From: Geosiphon pyriformis uo1 | Taxonomy: Eukaryota > Fungi > Glomeromycota | Direction: 5' to 3' | NCBI GenBank assembly: GCA_016748015.1 | Contig: JAAOMT010000543.1 | Span: 608,159 to 637,344, forward strand | DNA length: 29,186 nt | Shown here: piece by piece, positions 1 through 11,929 of the stretch | How the letters are laid out: each line of letters opens with the position of its first letter | How positions within the stretch are numbered: the stretch's first letter is position 1 | Translations under genes and position numbers: made by a program | Notes under the pieces: model-generated | Database searches by the model: none | The model's input: the letters and a program-made list of their open reading frames with translations, nothing else | Told to the model about the DNA's origin: nothing

Positions 1-500
1 TGTATAATAATCTTTTCTAAATTCACATCCACCACTACGGTACCTGTTATATATGGAAATAGTGATAAAGTTATTCGGATTGAGTAGTCGTCAAAGATTG
101 GAAAAGGAATTCTTAGATTAAAAATAACTAGATTATCATAAATACCAAAGATTTTTTTGCCATTTTTTGCCAAGCTTCCAAGTGTATTAATCAAGGAAAA
201 GGGTAAACAATAGGGCATATTAGCATACATAGCGTTCATTTTTAATAGTGCAATTTCATTTCTTTGTGTAGTGTCAAATAGTCGTTTTTTAAGGTATGCT
301 TCATTACCATTGTCTGTTCTTTTGTAAAATAAATGATCATTACCAATTTGTAATGTTTTTGATGAGAATGATAATCGAGGTGATTTTAAAAGTTTCTTGA
401 TTGATTTTGAAATATTTTCAGTTGAATAAAGTTTATTTCGTTTTAAATTTGGGAAACTCTTTAAAATATTTCTCGATTTTAAAAAAAAAGTTTCCTCAAT
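1..500 (-). CDS. Partial exon, probable class-3 (Lipase_3) lipase-like protein, N-terminal region; continues off the left edge
   Basis: Stop-free minus frame 500->3, absent from the ORF track because it leaves the window. It reads ...EIALLKMNAMYANMPYCLPF...YITGTVVVDVNLEKIII, resembling the fungal lipase-3 N-terminal 'xxYAxxxYC' helix and the 'GFVAVDxxxKxIVV(F)RG' strand. CpGs are retained here, unlike in the adjacent relics. The catalytic GHSLG motif is not in the window and the start codon/first exon is unresolved. Confidence 0.5.
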   Translation of the reverse strand, partial: MEETFFLKSRNILKSFPNLKRNKLYSTENISKSIKKLLKSPRLSFSSKTLQIGNDHLFYKRTDNGNEAYLKKRLFDTTQRNEIALLKMNAMYANMPYCLPFSLINTLGSLAKNGKKIFGIYDNLVIFNLRIPFPIFDDYSIRITLSLFPYITGTVVVDVNLEKIII

Positions 501-1499
501 TTAATAAGACAAGAAAAAAAAATTTATTTTATAGCTCGATATTTGAAGATGGTCAGAGATTATCAGCACCGGAATTAACCTCACAAAAAAAAAGGATATT
601 ACAAATAAAATTTGTTTTGAGGTGTTTTGGAACAATTAAACAAATATTTCTCATGATAGGCAAAAAGTTTTTTAAAACTTGCAATTTGTTATGACATATC
701 AATATTTTAACACGGCTGAATCTTGGAAAAATTCTCATAAATTTAGGATAAATCATTTAATGCGAGTAATTTCATTATTTTCCAGAGTACTTGAACATAT
801 TTTCGTAAAATTGATAAAAGAATATTTCTATATATTTTTTGCTAATTGGATTTTAAACATTATAAAAATTAAGCTTCAATCTAATCACAAAATACAAAAT
901 TGAACATATTATAGTTTTACCATGAGAAAATACAAAAATATGATCATTATTAAATACTGTTTAAAACAATTTATATCAATAAAATAATAATAGATTAATT
1001 CTGTTATTTTTTTTGATAATGGTATGAAATTTCTTTCCTCAATACAATCTTTTTCTTTGAGAATTCATTCAAAAAAAAGTTAAAATATGTTGCTGTAAAT
1101 TTTATTCATGTTAATGAATGATTCCAAAAACAAAAACATGTTTATAATATTCCAAGGATAAAGAAAATTCTTAATTGAATTCACATTCCTAAAAATAACT
1201 TTTTAACATTTACCAGATGCAGCCTTTAGATTCACTACAAAAGAATTACTAACTTGAGAAATATTGAAAGTAATAAAATAGAGAAAAATAAAAAACAAAA
1301 ACTTCTTTCACAAAAAATTGCTCTTTGAGAAATTTGGGATGTAGGAGAAAAAGAAGTTTTATATTATTATTATTTATATTTTCATTATTAAAAAATAATT
1401 TAGTTTTTTTAATACTATATTAATATTAAATTTACTTTATTTATTACAAAATTATTAAATAATTATTAATTTTATCATTCAAAAAAAAATTTTAAAAAT

Positions 1500-1522
1500 A
1501 TTATTATTATTATTATTATTAT
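1500..1522. repeat. (ATT)7 microsatellite
   Basis: attattattattattattattat, at about the 5' edge of LINE relic A. Confidence 0.85.
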
Positions 1523-3670
1523 GTTATCAAAATTTATCTTAATTTTAAAGTTTTTAAATAAATTAGCCAAAAAACCGACAAAATATTTAACAGTGTATTT
1601 TATAATAACTAAATTTTTTTATCTTAAAATTTTTGTATATATTTTTAATCAAAAAAATAATTAAAGTGATTAAAAAATTAATTAATTTAATAACAAACTT
1701 AATTAAACCAATCAAATTAAAGATTTAAAATTTCAAAAAATTTAGACTAAAATTAAACAAAAAAACTAATTAAAAATATAATAATAAAAAAAGCCAAAAA
1801 AACAAAAGCTTTAACATATAATTTTATATAAACAAAAAATAAAACAAAAGTTTTAAAGTTATTAACTGACTTTAAAAAGACTTAAGAAAAAAAATAGTAA
1901 TATTTTATAATCTAAAAATAAAAATTTTTAATTTTAAGATTTGTAATAGTAATAATATTTATATAAAATGTCAATTTTTAAAACAGTTAACTTTAAAATT
2001 ATTAAAAACTTAAAAGTTATAACAACAAAATATAAATAACAATAAAAATTAAAAAATAAAAAATAAACCAATTATGACTACTAACTTAAAAAATCAAATA
2101 ACTAATTTTAAAGACAAAATAACCAAAAAAAAAATTAATTAATTTGGGTTTAAAAATGGTTTTAAAATATTAACTTCTTTTTAAATAAGTCAAAAAAAAA
2201 TTAATACTGTTTTTTTATTAATATTAATTAATAAGCAATAGTAATAACAATAACAGAAAAAAATTTCTTAAAATAAATAATAATATATTACTACAAGCAA
2301 ATAAATTTTAACTTAATCAAAATAATAATATCAAAAACATTAAAAATATTTTTAATATTATTAGAAAATATGTTAAAAGAAATATTATAAAATACAACAA
2401 AAAAAACAAAAGCCACTATAAAAGATTTTATAATCTTAAATATAGTTAAAAAAATAAAATTATCAATAAAAATTTTAATAACAATAATTAAAAAACATTA
2501 AAAACAAAATTTATACAAAACAACTTAATATTGGTTTTTAAAACTAATTTTAATTTAATAAAACCAGACAATAAATTAAACAAAAAATTAATTAAGACCA
2601 ATTTAATCTTAAAAATAAAATAAATACCATCTATTTAAAAAAATTTTAAAAACTAAAAATTGTTTTCCAAGTACTATTAAAAATAGTATTAGAAAACAAA
2701 AAAACAAAAATAAAATATTTATAAATTTAAAAAGTTTTTTTTTATTTAGTATATATATCTAAAGCTGTAGAAAATCACAATATTTAAATATTAAAAGATT
2801 AATTTAAGATGCTTTTGTTTATTTTAGCTATAAAAATAACTGTTTATAATTTAAATGCTTTATTAAAAAAAACTGGTGAAAAAACATATGTAATTAATCA
2901 ATTATTTAAAACTAACAATAGAATATATTGTGTTGTAATTGTTTTTAGATTAAAGAAAATTTTGAATTAATTTTTTACATAAAACCAATTTTTAATAATA
3001 TAAAACTTTTTTGGATTAGACTAAATATAGTTTATTGTAAAAAATGTGAATATTTTAAACATTCTGTTCTGAATTGTAATATATTAAATACATCTATTTT
3101 TTCACTTTTAAGAGTATATAAGAATTTTGTTTTAGAAGCAAATTTTCTTTATTTGGCCAAGTTATATGCCAACAAAATTTTTTTATTTTATATTTTTTTG
3201 TTTTTAGTAACAAATTATGGACCCAGGTAGTTTTATTAACTTCTTTTTTTAATAATGTTTGCTTTGGTTTTGGTTTTGGTTTGTTTTTTTTGGTACTTTA
3301 CATTTTGATAGAACTCTTTTTGCTTTATAAAATAGTTTGTTTATTGATATTTTTTGGTTTTTTTAGAATATTTTTTGAAATTCTTGGCTAATTAAGTATT
3401 TAGTATTGTATAAAGACTAAGTAATACAAATTTGGTGTTTTTAGTTTTTGCTTTTTAATTTTTTTATTTTTTTTCAGTAACAATAATTAAAACTTCAAAT
3501 TTAGATATAAATAGCTTTAAAATTTTAATTATCAAAGTAAAAATTTTAATTATTAAGATAGACAGCTTAGAATTAAAGATAATTGCTTTTAAAAATTTTG
3601 CTAATTTAGTTTTAATAAGATTAAATTAATTATGTTCTGGTTTAAACTTTCTAATATATTTTTTACTTCA

Positions 3671-6600
3671 ATAACCAATTATATTTAAAAGTTTGTAATA
3701 TAATATTAAAGAAATAAACAATTTGGCTAAACAAAAAGATATTATTAGATAACATAAAAATTCTAACAATTTGGTTTTTATATATATTAAGACAAAACTA
3801 AAAAAATAAACTAAGTTTTAAATTATAAACAGATTTTTAGATGTTAAAATTTTTATTTCTGGTTCAGATACTGGTTATTTGAGTTTAAAAGTAACAATAG
3901 TAATAGATAATATTTTTGTTCAGCATGTATACAAAGTTTTAAAATTTTTAATCATCTTTTTTCAATCTATCTGTTGTTTGACAATAAACTTTTAGTAATA
4001 ATATTGAGTTTATATGCTAATATTTTTGTTAATATATATTTTGATTAAGTCTATAAAGTAAATTTATGCATTGCTAAAGCAATTAATTTAAGTTTTTATA
4101 TAATATTAAATGGCAATTTTAATAAAGATATAATAAAGCAGAATATAAATTTGAAAAAATATTTTAATTTAGATTTGTACAATTTTTTTTCAAATAATTT
4201 TGTTGTCAAACTTCTAATTTAAAATAATTTAAAAAGTATAAAAAAGACTATAAATTATATTTTTATTAATAAATATTTTTTGATGGCTGTAGTTAATTAA
4301 AAAATTAATAGTGTATTAGATTTTTTTAATATTAACTATATGACTGTTATAATCTCTTTCAACTTAAGTGGTTTTTTAAATAAAATTTAGAAATATACTA
4401 ATAAAAATTGATAAAAATTTAAGATTAAAAATCTTAATTATGATAAGTAAATATGTTTTGAGAAAGGCTTTTTTGTTAAGCTTTTAATAATAATAAATAA
4501 GTTTATAAACATAAAAATTCTTGATAATTTGGATGTTATATAGAAAATATTAAAAATAATAATAATAGATTTAGCTGATTTAATATTTTATAGACATTGA
4601 CTTAGCAAGTTTAAGTACTTAAAAAACAAACAATCTTTAAAGTTTTTTGGATTAAAATTACTAATTGCTTAGATTATAAAAAAATTAAGCTTAGACAGCA
4701 GAATTAAATGTAATTTTTTTATTAAAAAATAGTCTATTATTAATGATAAAAAGTTTTTTAAAGTTAGAAATATGTTTTGAAATAGTGCAAAGTTAAAATA
4801 TGCTATTAATTACTTGTTAATAATTAAAAAAAATATAAGAAGACTAAATATTATGAGTTAAAAATAACTAAAAATATAACTGTCAAAAAATAATTAAGAA
4901 ACAAATAAAAAATTTTAGTTCTAATAAAGAGAACATAATAAGATGTATTTTAAAATAATTTTTTTAAAAAGTAATTTTAAATTATTTAACAGTTAAGAAA
5001 AAATTGGTTCTAAAACCAAATAAAATAAAACTTAAAGTTAATAAAATTATAATAAGTTAGTTAAAAAAGCAAAAAATATTTATAGTGTTATCTAATTTGT
5101 GGTCTTACTAGTATATATTATTAAGTTATATAAAAAAAGATATTTTTTTAGTATAATAAATAAGATCTAAATAAATAAATTGGTTATAGTTATTAATAGT
5201 CTGTTTAATAACAAAGTTGTTAGTTTTTTTAAAATATTAAATAAATTTTGAAAACATTATAATAACATAGTAATAAGATGTTTTTAAGATCTTTTAAACT
5301 TTTATTTAACTTTTGGCAATATTTTAATTTTTTTGGAAAACAGTATAAGTTTTAATAATTTTCAAGTTTTATAATTGAAATAGTATTTTTATAAATATAC
5401 AGTTTATTGTATTTATTGAAATAGTATTTTTATAAATATACAGTTTATTGTATTTATTGAAATGACTAAAAAAAATTTTAACAAAATTTTTTTTAATTGT
5501 ATTTTTTTGCTTATAATAAATATAATGTTTTTTAAAATGCCAATTTTTTGGTTTTAAAAAGTACTTTGATCTAATCTTCTGTGTTTGCTATTGGTTTAAT
5601 AGTAAAAAATGCTTTGAAAAAAAGCCAAAAGTTTTAATTGGTTTTACAGAATATGTGCAAAACATATAATTTAATTAATTAGTATTATTTGAAAGTTAAT
5701 TTAAAGTATATTAAGATATATAATAAGTTTATTAAATTTTTTAAAAATATACACATAAACAAAATTAACAAAGTAATGATTAATTTTTGTCTTTTAGATA
5801 ATTACAAAGTATAAGATAGTTTTAACCAAAATAAAATATTTTCTCTATTTTTTTGGAAAATTTTTTATGATCTATAATTATATAAAATAAAGAAACATAA
5901 ACATTTATGTAAATATAAAATCAATATTAATTTTGTGGCAAAAATAAGTAAAATAAAAATCAATAAAAAAAATCTTTTTTTTTTGCAATTGGTACTTTTA
6001 TTAATAATACAATTTAAATAAAAAACAATCAGACTTTAACACAGTATATTTTAGATATTGTTAATAAGTTTTTTAAGATTAATAATATTTCTATTAACAA
6101 TAACAAAACAATAGTAATTTTTATAATTAAAAAATTGTAAATTCTTCTTTGTATATTAGTAATTAGCCTATTTTTATTGTCAAATATAGTAAATCTTATA
6201 GGTACTTGGGATTTTTTTGTTAACAAAAAATATGTTTAAGTCAAGTTTTGTTAAGACATATTTAGATGTTAAGTTTTTTTTTGAATTTGGTTTTTAAAAA
6301 AATATTGTTAAATAAACAGTTTTTTTATTTGGTCTTAATAATTCTTTAACTTATAATAAATTATTAAACACAATTTAATTTTATATCTAAAAGTATATGT
6401 TAAAAATGAAATATTATAATTAAAAAAGATTTAGATTTAAAACCAATTTGCTTAAAAATTTTTTTAATTAAACTTTATACTATTTATTTCTGTATAGATT
6501 AAAGTTTTTTAAACAGATATAAGCAGAAAACAAAGTAGCTTTCATAGTTTAGTTCTCTAATACAACTAGAATCTTTGGTCAATTATTTGGTAAACATTGT

Positions 6601-8172
6601 AAAAATTTTTCTAAATAATCTGATTTCTCTAACCAACAACTTGTCTAGTATATTTTGTAGTTTTTATTACATTTTAATATTCAAAATTTTAGAATATTTT
6701 TATTATTTTAAAATAGTTCACTTTTTAAAACATTTTAATATTATCTTTAAAGATAAGTTATTAGATAAACACAAATTAGTTGTAAATTAAAAAACTTTTT
6801 ATTATTAAAAAAAATTAAGTCTTAAAGACTTAATACTATTGTAACTTAAAAAAACTTTAGTTTTAATAAATAATTTTTTATTAAACCTAATAAGATTGCT
6901 CTTATTTTTAATTAATTAAATTTTTTGTGTTTAAGAAAATTTTTGAATATTTGAAAATATTCACATAGATTGTAAACAGATATTTTTAATGTTTATATTA
7001 ATAATTTTTTGAAGTATTTAAGTACTATAAAAGTAATTAGTAAAGTAATAGCTTATTTTTTTAATAGTAAAATAGATATAAATATAAAAATATATAGACT
7101 ATTGTTTTTAATAATATTAAAATTACAGATGATTGTCTTAGTATTGAAATGTATTTTTTTTTCTGCTTAATAATTTTGCATATAAACAGTCAAGCTATTA
7201 TAAATATTGGTGTTTTAGAGTTTAAGTTTTATCTATTTGATTTTTAAAACAAGTATTAAATGAATAAATATTATATGACTAATTTAATTAAATTGAAAAA
7301 TATTTTTGTTGAATAAGTAAAAATTAAAAGTTATTTAAAGAATACAAACAATAACTGAACTGATATTTTTGTATATAATACTATACAGTTTTGTCTTATA
7401 TTTTCTGCTAAAATTTGCAAAAGGTTTATTGTGGTTAATAGTTAAATTATATTAAAAAATATTTATAATTTTGTTTATAATATCTATTAAACTATAGATT
7501 AAACTAGTATAACTATAGTTTAATATTCAAATTTTTACATGTTTTCAAAGTTTATTAATTGTTTTTGGTATATATTTGATAAAAACAGTTTATAAAAAAC
7601 TATTAATTATGATTAAAAAAAATTTTATAATAAAAGTTATTTAAATATTTTATGCTTAATGTGTAGTAATATTAAATTGTTTGATTATGTTTTTATGTGT
7701 TCAAAAAATGTCTTAATTTGTTCTAAAATTCTGCTGGATTATATTAATTTATAAAAGTCTTTGGTAAGATCTTATTCTCTGTTATTATTTTTAGTATTGT
7801 ATATTTTTTCTTTGAAAATTTTGTGTAAAAACTTTGTTTTTAAGAATTGGACTGATAAGACAGTATTAATTTTTGGTAATAAAAAAAAAACTGTTTTAAT
7901 GGTGATAATTTTGTTTATTATTTGGTCGAAAAGTATTGTAGTAAATTATAATTGTTTAGATTAAAGTTCAAAGCAAATATAGAAAAAAGTAATTTAATTA
8001 ATAATATAAATATAATAATTATTGGTTTTGAAATTTGTTTAGTGTTTTGCTAATTAAAGTTGTTTATTTGTTTAATATTATTAAGTTTTTTACTATTAGT
8101 TTTAAATTATACAAAGTTTGTTCATTTTTTTTAAATATTGTCAATAGTATAAAGATTTATATAAGTATATAA
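3671..8172 (+). pseudogene. Eroded LINE ORF2 (APE endonuclease, reverse transcriptase, RNase H) of relic A
   Basis: Starts ATA ACC AAT TAT ATT TAA AAG TTT (cf. MSNLVWKF) and ends ATA AGT ATA TAA (cf. IGV*). Many stops and frameshifts; catalytic Asp codons are converted to AAT. Confidence 0.85.
5374..5463. repeat. Perfect 41-bp tandem duplication inside relic A
   Basis: attgaaatagtatttttataaatatacagtttattgtattt occurs at 5374 and 5415, followed by a third attgaaat at 5456. Confidence 0.95.
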
Positions 8173-8718
8173 TATTGTTTTGATTGGTTCAAATGGCTAA
8201 TTACATATAGTAAACATGTAAATCATATTTATTTAGATTTACTTAAATTGTTTTTGTATATTAAATAGTGATTAGACTGTACTTATTAAACATAGAAATA
8301 AAAAATTAATTATTTAAGTTTAATTAATAATATAAATTTTTTTTATCTTTTTAATTAGTAATATATATAATAAATTAGCCAGAATATATATTATTTAAAA
8401 TATAATATTGTTTTAACTAATTTAAATAACTGGTTACATACAAACAAAACATAATCAAATTTTGTTTTTTTATAAAATTGTTAATATTAATATTTTAAAC
8501 TTAAAATTATTACAAAATAAAAAACATCACATATTTTTTATACAAAAAATAATGTATTATTTAAAAAATATAGTCATTAACAGCTAAAAAAATAAAATAC
8601 TTTTTTAATTCCGAATAAAAAAACAAAGACAAATTTAAAAATTAAGATTGATTTAAGCAAATAATAAAACTTGTATAACATAATTGTACATCAGTACATT
8701 TAATATGTGTTTAAAAAT

Positions 8719-10638
8719 CTAAGCTTGCATTATAGATAATTGCTCCTCTGGCAAATTAAACCATTCATCTTTTAGAGCATCATTTGTAGTCAGTCGACTA
8801 TTAGAATTTTTGTTCATCAATTTTTTCTTAAACTGTTGAGCGGATGAAAAAAGTGAAATATGGTTGTAAATTATAGTATGTTTGAAAAGATTTCCAACCA
8901 TCCATATATCTCCTGCAGCGCTACAAAAGTCTTCCCCTGATTTATATTCTGGAGCTTCAATAGCCAATAAATCTCTTTGTAAAGTAAATAGCAACAATTA
9001 GCAAACATGTCTAACCATAAGTCGAAATCTTTTATCACTGTACCTTGAAGCTCCTAAGGGAGCAGCTTCTTCAAAATCAATTAACATCCAACTATCATTC
9101 GGGAGTTTTAAAACATTATCCCAGCAAATATCCCAATGGACGACATTCATCTTATGAAGTTTTTCTAGCGTTACAAGTACATGCCGCATAGCATCTCACA
9201 GCTCGCGTTCACATTTTGGAAATGATGTAAAGCCAACTGGAGCCAAATGTACTATCACTGAGTCACTTGTAAGAAAATACTTATGAATCTTGATTGGCTC
9301 TAAGCCTGGAAGTGTATTTTGGTAAAAATTTTTATGGAAACCTAGATCAACAATGCTTGTTTTGTCTATTTTTTTAATGATCTTGTTGAGGAGTATTGTA
9401 ACAACACAATGTGACTGTTGGATATCATCGAATAGTCTCAATATTGGAGCTGTAATGTACTGATCTTGACACAAAGTCCGAAGAATCCGAAAAAAATTGA
9501 TTGTGTACTTAAGCACTTGATAATTGTATGCTCGGTTTGAACTGTTAAGGACCAGATGTTCACCAATTGTCTGACATCTTGGTTTCATGCCCATTGTATC
9601 GTCCACATAATAATAGTAAAATTGCAAATGTGTGCTCCCTACTGCAAGGGCTAGAACAAATGGTAAGTTACCGAAGGCAAGTGGATTCCAAAATTTAAAA
9701 TAACTATTCAGTTGTTCTGCTGCCTTTATTAAGTTGCCCTTAACATCTTTTTCTTCACCAATCATTACAAGCAAGTCGTTGCAATAAACTGTGATATTTG
9801 GTGGAATGTTTTTATATGTGATGGTACTTGTATCATGTATTTTTCCATTATGTTTCCAGCTTAGTGATGGAGTTGCGATATATTTGCTGAGAAATATAAT
9901 TATGTCCAAAATGTGATTATTGATACCATCTGTGGTTAGTTGTTCTTGTCTGGCACATTTTGTGAAGGACTTGCTTAAAATAGTACTGACGATTGCACTC
10001 AATCTAGGAACATTGTAGAGAGCTTCTGAACATGTAGGTACAAAATAATCCTTAAGGTTCTGGCAAAGATAGGGTTCAACTAGCAATTTTTGAAGTAACT
10101 TTGAGATAAAACAGTTTTCAAAATTGCTGCGTGTGATTGGTTTATTGAAGGGACGACAGAGAAGTTCTAGAAATGATGAGGTGTTGTCAGGCATGTCAAG
10201 TCTAGCACGCTTCACAAGGTGTTCTAGAATAACCATAGAAAATAGAAAGTAATAAGCATTATACACCAAATATTCTCTTAGATATGGATATTCCTTCCAT
10301 AAAACGCATATTATTACAAAATGAATGAATAGTAATATAGATTGTATGGATGGAAAAGTGGAATTTACAAATTTGTTACCTGTATCATCTATTGCTGCAT
10401 GTAGTTTTTCTGCTCATTTTTGCAGCTCCTCCTTCCACTTGTCCTTCTCTATCTCCAGCTTTTTTTCTTGCTTTTCCAGCTTTTGTTTTTCTTCTATCCA
10501 CTTCTTCCTTTGGTTTTCGTCCACATCCTTCTTCTTTCTCAGATTCTTCTTCAACTCTTTTAATCTATCTAGCTTCTCCATGCATTTCCCATACTGGGTC
10601 TTAGCATATTCTAATTCACGTTTAATATCTTCAGACAT
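8719..10638 (-). pseudogene. Crinkler (CRN)-like gene: N-terminal coiled coil + PD-(D/E)xK REase-like domain + C-terminal protein kinase-like domain; 3 exons, 2 premature stops
   Basis: Model: exon1 10638-10380, GT-AG intron 10379-10224, exon2 10223-9044, 69-nt GT-AG intron 9043-8975 (contains GCTAAT branch motif and the TAA that splits the track ORFs), exon3 8974-8719. This gives 1695 nt, 564 codons plus stop, all in phase. Motifs: PPNITVYCNDLLVMIGEEK (REase-like), LPFVLALAVG, HWDICWDNVL (= HRDIRWDNVL), WMLIDFEEA, APE, DIWMVG. Premature TGA at 10414-10416 and 9196-9198. Confidence 0.8.
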
Positions 10639-11929
10639 GATGTTTTGTGTGTTTGTTATGGTTTGGGAAGATATGGCTTAATATATGTTTTGTTCGTGTC
10701 AATGACATTTCAGATTTTTGATTTATCAGTATAAATTTACTATTTAGGTAACAAACCCGCCTTTGTTAAATTAAAAGAGTTTTTACTCTATAATATAATT
10801 GTTTTTTTAATAATTATTGTATTATGCAATATTCATTAAATTATTTTTGTTTTGTTAAATTAAGATTATTATTGTTTTATATATTTTAATATTGAATAAA
10901 ATTCGTTTTATTATTTTAAAATAAAAATAATTGTAAGTTTTAAAATTAGAAAAAATTAAACCAGTATTAAATATATTTTTATTATAATTTTGCATATATA
11001 TATATAATTTTATATTAATTTTAAACTTATTAAAAAAGTTTATATATTTAATTAAAACTTAAAATATGTAACAAAAAATATTACTTACATATTTTTTATA
11101 TATAATTAATAATTAAAACTTATATTAAGCAATATAAATTAAAAAAAACTATTTGTTTTTATTTTATTTAAGTATTTAACAATTATTTATTTAAATGCTT
11201 ATTTAATTTTTTATTTTAAGTTTAATAACTTTTATATTAATACTTTATATTTTTTACAAAATTATTAAATTATTATTTTTATTATTTAAAAGACATATAT
11301 TATAGTTTTGTGGATTTTTAATCAACAAAATAATAATAATAATACTTTTAATTTAAAAAAATTTTGGTATTTATTTTTAATAATCAATAAAAAAATAATT
11401 TAAATTTTTAAAACAGTAATAAATTCAACTATAAATTTATTAAATAAGTCAATTTTTGTAAGTAAAATTTTAAAAACTTTATTATTAATTTTAAAAATAA
11501 GTAATTAAAACATAAAATAATAATAACAATATTATTTAATTTTTAATAATAAACAATTATTATTTTTTTGAATTCTTTAGAAAATTAAACAGTTATAATT
11601 TTAAAATTAATTATATATATTAATTTTTACAAGTTTAATTTACTGTTTTAATTAAATTTTTTTATTATTATTTTGATTATTTTTAATAATCTTTTATTTA
11701 TTATCTATTTAATTAAATTTATAATAAAAAAGTAGTTTTTTTTATAAAGTAGTCAAAATTTTTTTATTATATAAATAATTATTTATATTTAATACAATAA
11801 TCAAAAAAATATTGTTTAAAACACAACAAAAATAATTTAAATTTTATTAAAATTAATTTTTTGTTTTTCTGTTTAATTTGTTTTTTATTAAAAATTAATT
11901 TAATAAATAATTTTTAAATTTTTAAATTT

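Larger units (their letters stand above)
1520..8305 (+). mobile_element. LINE relic A: heavily C->T/G->A eroded, near full-length non-LTR retrotransposon (ORF1 + APE-RT-RNaseH ORF2 + 3'UTR); 5' boundary approximate
   Basis: Colinear with the young element at 19745-26640. CCHC knuckle CKKCEYFKHSVLNC (3036-3077); ORF1/ORF2 junction caATAAcc at 3671 (ATGA in the young copy); RT VLQNMCKTYNLI (~5641, = LQDMRKAYDSV); GTFINNTI*I (5991-6020, = GAFIDDMIWV); RNase H VYINNFLK (~6990). ORF-track pieces 6575-6790 and 7761-7964 match young ORF2 segments. The 3'UTR at 8173-8305 aligns with 26506-26640. Confidence 0.9.

Noticed and set aside
401-903. Short ORFs 401-694, 553-756 and 679-903 as genes
   Set aside because: Low-complexity AT-driven frames with no motifs. 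Part of 553-756 could be a first exon of the lipase-like gene, but no clean splice path was found.
6029-7964. ORFs 6029-6226, 6575-6790 and 7761-7964 as independent small genes
   Set aside because: The plus-strand ones are surviving pieces of relic A ORF2, and the minus-strand one is its shadow.
8998-9000. TAA as a third premature stop in the kinase gene
   Set aside because: It lies within a plausible 69-nt GT-AG intron (9043-8975) whose removal restores GASR-DLLAIEAPE.
10325-10681. Plus-strand Phe/Ser-rich ORFs (118 aa and 84 aa) as membrane proteins
   Set aside because: Antisense shadows of the Lys/Glu-rich coiled-coil exon on the minus strand.
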